Shown here one piece after another: positions 47,908-59,096 of a stretch of 64,000 bases of DNA. How positions within the stretch are numbered: position 1 is the first letter of the stretch; the number at the start of each line of letters is the position of its first letter. The stretch is from Daphnia carinata (Eukaryota). The stretch is taken from the NCBI RefSeq assembly GCF_022539665.2, contig NC_081332.1, positions 3,038,001-3,102,000 of the forward strand, in the 5' to 3' direction. The notes under the pieces are model-generated. The model ran no database searches. It was not told where the DNA came from and saw only the letters and a list, made by a program, of their open reading frames with translations. A program made the position numbers and the translations under genes.

Positions 47908-50699
47908 GCTAAACAATTCGAAAACTTCATAGGTTACGGAAAAAATCATCTGCCAGTTAAAATCAGTGTTCGATTTTGAGCCTATGGTGTGTTTGTTTTA
48001 CTGAATTCTGAGAGATGTCGCTTTATAATGATTTTCGTCAAAATGAGAAGGCTATAGCCCTCATTACTATTGGCCAAATTTCAAATTTGGCTTAAAATAC
48101 GCATGTCTCGAATGAAATTTACAAATCCAATTAGGAACGAACAGCACACAGGGTGTTGTCCAAGAGGAGCACATAGTCAAGCCAATCATTCTCGCCGATC
48201 AACCATGTAAGGATAGTCGTCTTAAAAATTCCTTGTTTACAAAATCTAAAGTTGGTAAAAAGACTGAAAGATTTATGTGTTTCTTTTTTAATAATGATGG
48301 TTTGCCAAGAAGGAAGGCTCAGTGACGAAAAGGCTAAAAACCACCAACTTGTTGAAAAAGAACAGACAACTTAGACAAGTTTAGGGGCATGTTAGATCGC
48401 TCATGTGGATATTGGAAGGATACACTGCTCATCTTTTCAAGTATTTGAAACTCCATGGAGGTCATGCAAGAAAAAACAATTAATAAGGTAATTACATATA
48501 TTATACATGTTGTTGCATATTATGCATACTGTTGCACGATGAAGAACTCTGATGGAGAAGCTACATGTTACCAATCAGTTGCTGAAATAGGAGAAACTTT
48601 GATGAATGGTTTTGTCATCAAGCTGTTGGTAATTGAGCTAAGGACATTCAAAGTGCTGCTGTTTTCCAATTTGTACCTTAGGACTTTCCACGCCAACTTC
48701 TGGTCTTCCTATTCTATAAGTCTGGCTGATAGGATGGCAGAAACAGCAAGTAAGCAACCAAGTTTTTAATATTGTACTTCAAAAAAGTGTGAAACCAATC
48801 TTTTAGGAAACAGTGTGTTGAGTGTAGTGACTAAGAACCTTTTCAACCATGGAGTGATTGGGATGTCATAAGTGTACTGTGTCAACTCTTGACCTGATTT
48901 TTCATTGCTGATTTCCATCTTTGGATCTGGATGAGCTAGTCGCTTAGCCAAGCCTTTCTCTTCATCCATACTTTTAAGGAAATTTTTGTCTTGAACCCAA
49001 ATAGGTTTTTCTAGGTATGCAATGTGGCTTCATTACATAACCTGGCATTATGTTGTCCAAAAAGAAGCCTAGTACTCCTGCTGTGCTCGTGCTCATGAGA
49101 ACAGTGACTATCTAACTGAAGATATGCAATCGCCTGTAAATATCAAGATGGGCTTTCATCCATTGTGAAGGGGAAGGTATGGAAACAATCTTCTCTGAAA
49201 TTTATCAGTAACACCATGATTTTATTTTAGTGAGTTTAGTGAGAATTCTTTCATCAGATGAATTTTTCAACTCTAACTTCTACCGTTTATTCATTATTAG
49301 TTTTTCTTTATTACTGTTGATTTTTCCTTTGATTATGCCATAATAGTTTTCTTTCATTTGCATTGTAGGAAAGTGAACTATCATGGGGGGTGATCTTCAT
49401 ACCAAGGATGCTGTGTGTGTCCTCTCAGTGATCCTAGGTCAATACTGAGGGGATCTAATAAAGGGCTGTAATGGTTGCAGAAAAACGAGCCATTTGCTGC
49501 AATTACGTGCAGGTTATCTTAACAGCATTCTTCCATTGGAATTTCGGCCCATATTGTCTAGCTCGAAGACAGGGCTGGTTATCTGATGCTTGATAAATTA
49601 ATTTCTTTATCTGTTGCACAGGAATAGTGGATACTTGGGATATCAAAACACAGCTGCTGATGTATCTGTAAGATGTGGCCTAGCACTTACCACATTCATA
49701 TCACATTGATCCTTACTTTACTAATGGCATTAACGGACAATTAGATAAGATGTAAGGCAAGCAATGTTACAGGAATTTTTTCTTATAGGATGAATTTAAA
49801 TTTTTTTCTTTTACAGAAGTGTTGATCAAAGTTATCTCGTTGACTTTGTGGAACATTCGGGTTTGACGTTAAACTTATCAGAAGCGAGTGTGATTAAGAA
49901 CAAGAAAATCACGGGTAAGAAAGATTGTGCAGCATGGCTTATTAGCATGGCATATTATGGCAGATTTCTTTCGATACCGTTGTCTTTTACCGTCGTTTTT
50001 ATACCGTCATATAGTTATTAACTCTGCTGGTGCCCAGTTTCGGAATTTTATTGCACATCGTTCCCTGTCGAAATTGTCTGCTTCGTGCTGAGAACCTGTA
50101 TTCGCAAAAAATACCTTGTCATCGTTGTTTTGTCATAGGTAGTTGTGTGGAATGGGCATGTAGGTAACCAAATATTTTAGTAATAATATTATTACCCGGA
50201 TACAAGTTAAATTATATTCATCAATTTGATAAATTTTGATTATGCTTGATACCAAATTAACATGATTTCCAAGAATAATTTGTGTTTCCATGCAGAAGTA
50301 CCAGAGTAATGTGACAAACATTCACAACAGTGATTACCCTTCACAAAGCTAACATTTAGTATGCTACTATTATTTGTTTTATAAATTTAGTTATAATTTA
50401 ATTCAGCTTTTTATTTAGTGGAATATAATTTATTTCAGTTTTTCTGATGCAGTTTGGAAGCCACTTGGTGTAAACTTTTCGTCAGGTACTCACAAAAAAC
50501 AGATTGGCAAATCTAACAAATGGTATGCAATGGGTAACAGTTTTATTACAGTTGGAAGTAGTTTTTCCAAACATACATTCCGAACTCATTTTTAACACAC
50601 TAACATATAGTTGCATCACATGTGGGTGGGTGAGATTTTGTTCCAGGAATTTCAGGCGTTGCGACTGAAAGATTGGCGAGCCAAAGGACGCCCTGCCCT

Positions 50700-50759
50700 G
50701 TTTACCACAGCGTTGAAGGATTGATGTATCCAGTGCCAAATCGCCACAGCTGGAACGTT
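50700..50759 (-). pseudogene. Isolated sideroflexin-like coding fragment
   Basis: Minus-strand translation NVPAVAIWHWIHQSFNAVVN resembles the conserved sideroflexin motif PAVxFWQWxNQSFNAxVNY. Flanks are not sideroflexin-like. Confidence 0.5.
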
Positions 50760-53700
50760 TGTATCGGCGACAAGCACCCACCAGCAGCAGACGAAATCCG
50801 AAGTGTGTGTACGTGCGCGTGTGATACGTTTGACAACATCGTAACTCGAGCGAAAAGCGAGTATTTCGAGATTATTGTTGAAGTTGTGGGCAGTTCTTGG
50901 TCCATGTGTGATTCAACGTAAAGGTATGTGCAGCTTGCAATCGCCCAGTTTCTTGCTTTCCCATTTTTCCTTTAACAGTTTGACACTTTCGACGTAAATA
51001 CCCCGAGGAAAAGGCGTCTTGCATGAAGTTGTTGAAAGTGTGGGTGAAGGACTGATTTTTGTAGCGTCATCCAAAGCTATTAGCAATGCTGTTGGATGTC
51101 AGAATCATTTACGTTATTGCCCAGACTTTCATTGCCTTCCAAAAAATCGTCTGCTCGACGAAACTCTGTTCGCGAAAATGCTTAAGCATCTTTCAGTGTT
51201 ACTCCTGTTGAAGCCGAGGCGAATAGCTGAAACACACGTATCATTTCATCTCTTTTTTGCCTCATCATTGTACGGAAACTATGTTAGTAACCTTTTGTTT
51301 TGCGTTTTTGTTTTTGTTAAAACTTCCCATATCATTTTCAAGTGCAATTTTTATTTTTTTTTAGGTAGCTGTATGGATGTGTAAAGAATGGTGGTTGCAG
51401 GTCATGAGAGCCATTCCTTTATACAATACCTTTCCATTTTTATTGCTTTAAGTTTTGTCATTTTAGCCGCTGAATGTAGCTGGAACAGAACACATTGGAA
51501 TTTTAACGTCAAGACATCTGGCTGGTTGGACGATTAAACATCCCTCTGTGGGGACACAGATATTGCGTCTAGTTTTTATCTGTAGATTATTTCTGAGATA
51601 ATAACTTTGTCACCAACACCGTGACTTTGATAACCAGCAGTTGAACAGCCTTTCAATTCCAAACAAAAGGAGTCATGGTAATTGTATGTTTTGTATACAT
51701 TTCTGTATAAACTATCACTTATCTAGATTTACTCAATTGACATGACACTCTATATGGCTGGCATTGGAGTAGCTAATGCTGTTCATATGCAGAATATGTC
51801 ACTGAGAAGGGGTTCTATTATGGTAGGAGTACCATGTTTTACTACAGGCTGACCAGAATCACAAACACATTGATTGAAAACTATCATCAGTTTCAACAAT
51901 TGATACGTAAAATAATAGTAATATTACAAAATTGTAATAATATTCAAATGGTAAGTAAATACTTTGGAATTGTTGTTGCGAAAAAACAACAATTTATAAT
52001 ATAGATTGTAGTACCAAACGTATTGTATACTATCATATGGTTTAAGTAATTATTAACATTAATACATAATTTTTCGTAGTTATTGTATTATAGAAGTATT
52101 GAAAATTTATTTTTTAATTTGTTTATGGTAAGGTACATTATATATCAATTATGATTGTTTGTTATCCTACCAAATTTAAAATAATTGTACTTTTTACTTT
52201 GTTTAATTGTACTTTGTAAATTATAGGGTTTTTTTTTGCTTTGCTTATTTGTTAGTAAACAGAACTATTTTTTGGCTTAGTGTAACATTAAATAATTTAA
52301 CAGCTATTCAAATTCGAACAGTTGAAATATCAAGTAGATTCACATATGCAGGTAATATGTTAAAATAGTGTTTTGCAGGTACAAGAATTACACATACATA
52401 TTTAAACTTTATTAATAAGATTTTCAATGTTTAATTATTTCTATTTACATTCAGAAGTAACCGGTTAGTAATGTGAATTAAAGGACATGACTATATGATG
52501 AATACCAGCAGTGATGAAGCCTAAGAGTAGCAACGAACATAAAAAGTATGGTACTATAAATTTTTTAAATAATTAGTGGTACTTAACAAATTTCAATACC
52601 TCATTTGATGCAGTTGAAAGGCAGCCAGAGTAAACACGCCAGCATCTACTCATGGATTGAAAGGGTCGTTCCTAAAAGAAATGGAATGCTATTGGTAACA
52701 GTTTGATTTAATTAAGAATTAGTTTACTAACATAGATTTAGAACTAATTTAATTGAAGTAGAGATATCCTCTAACTTTCTACAATTAAAGAAGACAATGA
52801 AGCTACTTAGTATAAATTCAACCTACCTGATAAGCGAATCGATCGTCGATGGTGATATAGTTGTGGTACATCTGTAGAGGCAAGACTCCGAACGAATGTT
52901 AACATCTATCGTCTAGACGACGCCTTAAATACTCGCAGACACGTGTCACATTATTGCTTTCCCGGAAGTAGAGCGTAGGGTAGAGGGACCTAATTCTGAA
53001 GGTCGATAGGTTGAAGGACAAATTTTTATTTCCAGGTGAGCCCGAGGTTATAGCCATTCCCCATCGATTGACCTTAGGTTACTTTGATTTTCTTTTCTTT
53101 TTTTTTTTTTTTTTTTTTTTTTTGTTTGTTTCCAAGTGCCTAAAACAGACGAAGAACCTCGGGCATACACAAAAAGGAGAGGGAAGGGGGGAGGAAGGAA
53201 AAAAAAAGAAGCTAGAAGCTCAGTAGCTCTTTCACCTGCACGCTGTGCACTAGTGTAGATTTGTTGCTTGCAATCCACGTCTAAATATTCTTAGAACTTT
53301 CGCACGTGCTCTTAGCTTTCGCAAATTGTAGATTCATCAATAACGCACTGCATCAGCACCTGGGTTAGCCTCTGCACTGGCCTTGATTAGTTGGGTAGTA
53401 TAAGTCTAGATGAAATAGATTAAGTTAAGGATAAGTAGGCCTAAAGTTAAGTTAAGAGTAAGGCGTAAGCGTAGTCCACCTCAATTCGTTACCTTTGCAC
53501 AACACTATCTCAGCCATTTTCTTTCACTGTTTTATGCAATTATTAACCGTAGTGGTCGTTCGCTAACCATTTTTTTTCTTACAAACAATTGTACATTTCA
53601 ACTTCTTAACACAATTTACACATGAACCGCCAATCCGGCCAATTTTTAAAAAAAAAATTTTTCTCCATGTAACTGTAATTCGTGTACCTGATGTCTGTTA

Positions 53701-53899
53701 AAATTAAGATGAAATTTGTTGCTGTTCAAATGTAAAAAAAATTTTTTTTTTCTCGTTTCTGTACAATCAGCAGGGTAATCTCTGGGGCTGAAGGGCAACG
53801 AAGATCGCCGTCGCAGCCATTGGAATACCGCCCAGGATTCTGAGGTATATATTTAAAAACTCGGTATCTCATCATGATTTTTTCTTTAAATTTTATGTG

Positions 53900-55460
53900 C
53901 CTAGGAAGGCCATAGCTCCACTGAAGAGGACCTTTGGACAACGAAGGTCATCACCAGGATTCTAGTCCAAAATTACAAGGTATTCAAAAAATTGAAGTGC
54001 ATTACTATTCTATGTAGTAATTTGTGTATAAGAGGGTTGGCAACGCTACCGATGAGGATTACTGGACGTCGGGGATAACCACTGGAGCTGCCAAGGATTG
54101 CCAGGTATTACTTTCACAATTTAAAGTGTTTAATCGTGTTTCTTTATGTATTTCGGACGGTCCACATCATCTCCGAGGTGGGCCACTCGACAACGAGGTT
54201 CGCTTTCGAAGCCTCCTGGAATTATCGCCCAAAATTGTGAAGTATTTAATTGAAAGTCTTAGGTTGTGATCTATGATTTATTTTGTTTTTATGTATTTAG
54301 GAGGGCCTCACCATCATCGAAGAGGATGCTGGACATCGTGGATCGCCGCTGGAGTAACAAGATCGTCGCAATGGATATTTAAGGTATATGTTTTACACGT
54401 TTAAGTGTCTAAACATGTTTTTTAAATGTATTTAGGATGGCCCACATCATCACCGAAGAGGGTAACTGGACAACGAAGTACGCCGTTGGAGCCACCAGGA
54501 TCGTCGCTCAAAATTGTCACGTATTTTATCGAAAATTTTTACTGTCAATTCATTAACCATTAATTTATTTTGTTTTTATGTATTTAGGAGGGCGCCATCA
54601 TCGCCGAGGAGGACCATTGGACAACGTGTTTCGCCGTCGGGTTCACCAGGATAATCGCCCAAAATGGTCAAGTATTTAATTCAAAGTTATAAGTTTTACA
54701 TTATGATCTCATTTTGTTTTTATGTATTTAGGAGGGCCGCACCATCATAAGAGACGATGCTGGACATCGAGATTCGACGCTGTAGCAACGACATTGTCGG
54801 CATGGGTATTGTGGGTTTTTAAAAAATTAACGCTAAGTGTTTAATCGTGTTTTTTGGGCTTCGAAGAGGGCTTCACCACCACCAAAAAGGACGCTGGAGC
54901 ATCGATATCGTCGCCGTGGATGTTTCAGGTATATCATTTACTCGTATAATTGTGTATTCATGTTTTTGTTTTGTAATTAGGAGGGTTCCATCATCGCCGA
55001 AGAGGATTACTAGACTACGAGGTTCGCCGTCGGAGCTACCAGGATCGTCGCCCAACATTGTCAAGTATTTCATTGAAATTCTTAAGTCTTACACCACTCA
55101 TTTATTTTGTTTTTTATGTGTTTACGAGGGCGGCATCATCGCCGAAGAGGATCACTGGCCAGCATGGTTTGCCGTAGGAGGCACCAGTATCGTCACCCAA
55201 AATCGTCAAGTATTTCATTCAAAGTTATACGTTTTACACTATGATCTCATCTTGTTATGTATTTAGGAGGGCCTTACCACCATCTGAGAGGATGCTGGAT
55301 ATCGAGGATCGCCGCTGGAGCAACGAGGTTATCGCAATGGATGTTTCAGGTATATTTCTTTACATGTTTATTTGCCTAATCATGTTTTTTTTTTTATGTA
55401 TTTAGGAGGGCTCCGTCGTTGTCGAATAGGATCACTGGACGTCGTAGGGTGTCGTTGGAG
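53900..55460 (+). repeat. About 12 diverged 130-150-bp tandem units with exon/intron-like architecture (mirror copy ~61510-63070)
   Basis: Recurrent TTTTGTTTTTATGTATTTAG|GAGGGC...CATCATCG..GAGGA...(AG/AA)|GTAT. GC-rich 83-85-nt blocks alternate with AT-rich 50-70-nt blocks. Confidence 0.85.
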
Positions 55461-57069
55461 CAACGGAAATCGCTGCCCATCCCGTCGTACACGCCCATTA
55501 GGTCGATGGGGAAAAAAAGATGGTACGGTTGAGTATTGCCTAATTGGCATTTTTCTACTTTATTCCATGTTACTCGTGTGTTTTACAAGTATGTTGCTCT
55601 TGTCCTATATTCCTTACCTTTGTTTTTCCTTATGCATGACGGCTTAGTTTTAACTTTGACTGAGCACGCAAATTCACTACACCTGTACCCCACGGTTCAC
55701 TCACGGTTTGTTTGCTTTTTTGCACCGGGTTGGGGTTAGCGTATCAGGTAATGTAGGCCTGCTCACATTGGTTTCAGGCCAAGGATTTAGTTGGTGCAGG
55801 TTTACTAACACTTGCTACTTCTAAAATAAAAAGTAAAACAAAATAAATCTATTTTATGTCAGCATACTCTTTTGAGTATGGTTTCTTGACTTGAGTAATA
55901 TATAAATCGCGTGCGATCGGGTTGTAAACCCCGATTTGACAACCCGACAAAACGTGATGGGGCAGCAACCGTTCCGACCTGTCGCATAGGCAAGAATGAA
56001 AAACCCGCTGAACAAGAAATCGGTTCGAGCGATACGGGTTTGTGGGGCTGATTGGTCTCACAGTTTTCCTCAACGGATGTGTTGCAACGCTGTCTCACAA
56101 ACGTCTGCACACGAGTTCTCACCTCAGTTTTTTTAGTGCAGTGAAGAAAGTTATGCAAACCAAGGATATCGGTACATATTTGACAATTTCATGTTAACGA
56201 TTATTTATTTAGATGTTGTTATTTAGATGTTTAGCTTATTGAAAATGGATTACAAATTAAATATATGCCGAACGTTAATAGTAATGACGCTTAATACTAT
56301 ATTGATGTAATTGTATGAATACTAATCGCCTTCAAAACAAATCATCGCTTGTGTTCGGGTTTCGTGTCCGATAAAAATGAACATGGAGTTAATAAAAAAC
56401 AGCTCATTACTCGCTACACAAATTGTGATCCAAGCCGGGCGGTTTTACTAAAGAAATTAGATGTTTTACAACGCTGTTAAACATGTTTCACATGAAGCTG
56501 CTAAATCTTATCCGTGACATTGCAGAAAGTTGTTAAACTGTGGCAAACCTTGTACTAAGGTTTAACATTGCATAACTCTGTCAAAATGTAATGTTGTAAT
56601 ATCAGTAAAAAAAATTAAACTTATCTTGCAACAAATGAAACTGTGTGACGTTAACAAATGTACACTGTCTTGTGCAAAAGAAACTCTTCATAGAAAAACT
56701 GGGTGATAAAAGCTTAAGTTCTTATATATGGTACTTGTAAATTTTGTGGGGTTTTTCCCTCGTTGAATTTATTGTTTTTTTATTTTTTCTGCTGTCTGTA
56801 ATGTTGTATGTGTTGTGTTTTGTTGTCTCCTTTTTCCTAGCGTTTGATTAGCGAAAGGTTAGTAAGTTTTAATGTAATGACGATTATATTGTGATTTAAC
56901 CTCGTGTATATTAGAAGTACCGATTTAAGTTTTCGTTTATAGTCTGTATTTTTATCACCAGGGAAACATATACATATTCATTTTACACAATTTATTATAA
57001 CTGAAACATTTACACAATTGACACTACATACAACAACTATACACAATTTGACAACCATTGAATTTTCCG

Positions 57070-58208
57070 TAACTCTGTGGTATTGAACCCTAATATTCGG
57101 CGTAGCTTGCCGATGCTCAACCATTGAGCTATAGTCACTTACAATTTCAAGGTTTTATACCTTGAGNNNNNNNNNNNNNNNNNNNNNNNNNNNNNNNNNN
57201 NNNNNNNNNNNNNNNNNNNNNNNNNNNNNNNNNNNNNNNNNNNNNNNNNNNNNNNNNNNNNNNNNNTTTCGTTTATAGTCTGTATTTTTATCACCAGGGA
57301 AACATATACATATTCATTTTACACAATTTATTATAACTGAAACATTTACACAATTGACACTACATACAACAACTATACACAATTTGACAACCATTGAATT
57401 TTCCGTAACTCTGTGGTATTGAACCCTAATATTCGGCGTAGCTTGCCGATGCTCAACCATTGAGCTATAGTCACTTACAATTTCAAGGTTTTATACCTTG
57501 AGTCAACGCACGAAAATATTGTATAGTTAATGTTTTAATCTTGCTATACTATTTGTCAGTCTGACCAGTGAGTGTATGTGTAGCATGGCGTATGTGTAGA
57601 GGCTCCAATTACGGTGTGAGAACTTTGAGGTTCAAATCCAGTAAGGTATAGAAATAACAAAAAAGCATTAATTAAACGTAACAAATTTTTACTGTTACTT
57701 ATATTTAACCTTGCTATAGCATTTACACTTTGCTATACTATTTGGCAGTCTGACCAATTAATGTATATGTTTCATGGCATGTCTGTAGAGGGTCCGGCTA
57801 CCATGTCAGAAGACAAAGGTTCAACTCCATTAAGGGGTTAAAATGAAAATTGAATAAATTATATTATATTTTAACTGTCACTCAAATTTTTGAAAATGTG
57901 TAAAAGATGACGCTTCGCTATACCATTGGTTAGTCTGACCATACATTTCAAAAATGTTATAGCTTATGTGTAGAGAATCCGGCTACGGTATGAGAAGACT
58001 AGGTTTCAAATCGTAGGCATTGCTAAAGTTATGGTAATACATGCATTAAATACTTTTATGTTTATTATATTATATTTATTGAATATGTGTAATAGGTTGT
58101 CTAAAGATGACTTGCAAAAATGGTTGTCAGCAGAATGTGACTCATGGCTCAATGGTAGAGCATTGGCTTCGTAAGTCGAATGATTTGGGATCGATCCCCA
58201 AAAGAGTT
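57070..58208. repeat. Cluster of degenerate tRNA-like (A-box/B-box) cassettes at ~190-bp spacing (mirror copy ~59097-59900)
   Basis: 58137-58208 GTGACTCATGGCTCAATGGTAGAGCA-TTGGC TTCGTAA GTCGA-...GGGATCGATCCCC; 59831-59900 TAGCTCAATGGTTGAGCA-TCGGC AAGCTAC GCCGA-...GGTTCAATACC; weaker units near 57585, 57775 and 57960. Acceptor stems are imperfect. Confidence 0.65.
57167..57266. other. 100-N assembly gap with duplicated flanks
   Basis: 57267-57502 repeats 56931-57166, whereas the right arm has a single copy. Confidence 0.95.
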
Positions 58209-59096
58209 CAATCATAAAATAAATGATTCAAATGAACGAATAGTATCTTCAAAGTTTTCTGAAATTGCAATTGCTATGCAACAATCCCAAAAGTAAAATA
58301 CATGATATAAAATGAATTTCTATACAATGCATAAGTTTTCTAACGTTCATTTACTATCATCTGTCTATATATATGACAATGGCTACGGTTAAAATCCGTT
58401 GTAAATTATACAAATTTCTAGATACTCTATAAAGAGTGACATATCATATTTACTATGCTACGGTTAAAAACCATTATAAATTATACAAATTTCTATATAC
58501 TCAATAAAGAGTAACATACCATATTTATTGAAATTTTTTACCTTTTTCGAGATTAACATTTGGTAAAATATCCGTTCGCGTGCTTCGCACGAAGTTACCC
58601 AACTCGACTGGCCCCGTGGAATCGTGACACCTGGGAAGGTAGGAAGACTGTGGAATCGGAGACCTGACTGGGAATCGAACCAGGAAGCTTCGAGTTGGGA
58701 AGCGGACGCTTTGCATTTCTGGCATCTGCCCCCCTATATCCCCCCACTAGGGTAAGGTTTTGTATTGACTTGCGCGCACTGTTCTGTTACGTAAGTGTTA
58801 AAGACTTAAACTTTCCTGAAGTGTCACAAGTATCTCAATGGTAGAGCATAGACATAGTTATATAGGATTTGAACCCACGCAATTCAACTATGTTCGTTGT
58901 GCAGAAAGGAAAATTTAATAATAGTTTGTGCATTTAGATTGCTGCATATATATTGCAATATTTGAATCATTTGATAGAATTCTAAACATCATGATGGTTG
59001 CTGCATTTGGAATTGTTGCATAGCAGTTGCAGTTTTAGAAACCTTGTGCAATGTATAGAATTTAATACATCGTTCATTTGAATTATTTTAAGATTA

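Larger units (their letters stand above)
53005..58208. repeat. Left arm of giant inverted repeat (outer boundary cannot be fixed because the partner runs off the window)
   Basis: Near-identical reverse complement of ~59097-64000; ORF-track entries come in mirrored pairs (e.g. 54847-55266+ and 61703-62122-). Confidence 0.97.

Noticed and set aside
53900..55460. CRISPR-like repeat-spacer appearance
   Set aside because: Eukaryotic context, no cas genes, the 'spacers' are homologous to one another, and the repeats are degenerate splice-like sequences.
56931..57502. Apparent 236-bp direct repeat around the N run
   Set aside because: The copies flank a 100-N gap and the opposite arm has only one; this is an unmerged contig overlap.
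58137..58208. Functional tRNA-Thr(CGT) gene, and tRNA-Ser(GCT)-like unit at 59831-59900
   Set aside because: Acceptor stems are out of register or mismatched. The second unit lacks U33 and the long variable arm. Both are kept only as tRNA-like cassettes.
58378..58530. ~76-bp tandem duplication in the palindrome spacer
   Set aside because: Real but diverged and AT-rich, with no further structure suggesting function.
58565..58740. HDV-like or hammerhead ribozyme, or RNase P RNA
   Set aside because: A hairpin followed by CGAA is suggestive, but P3/P1 pairing could not be built. There is no CUGANGA/GAAA core and the RNase P P4 consensus is not matched.
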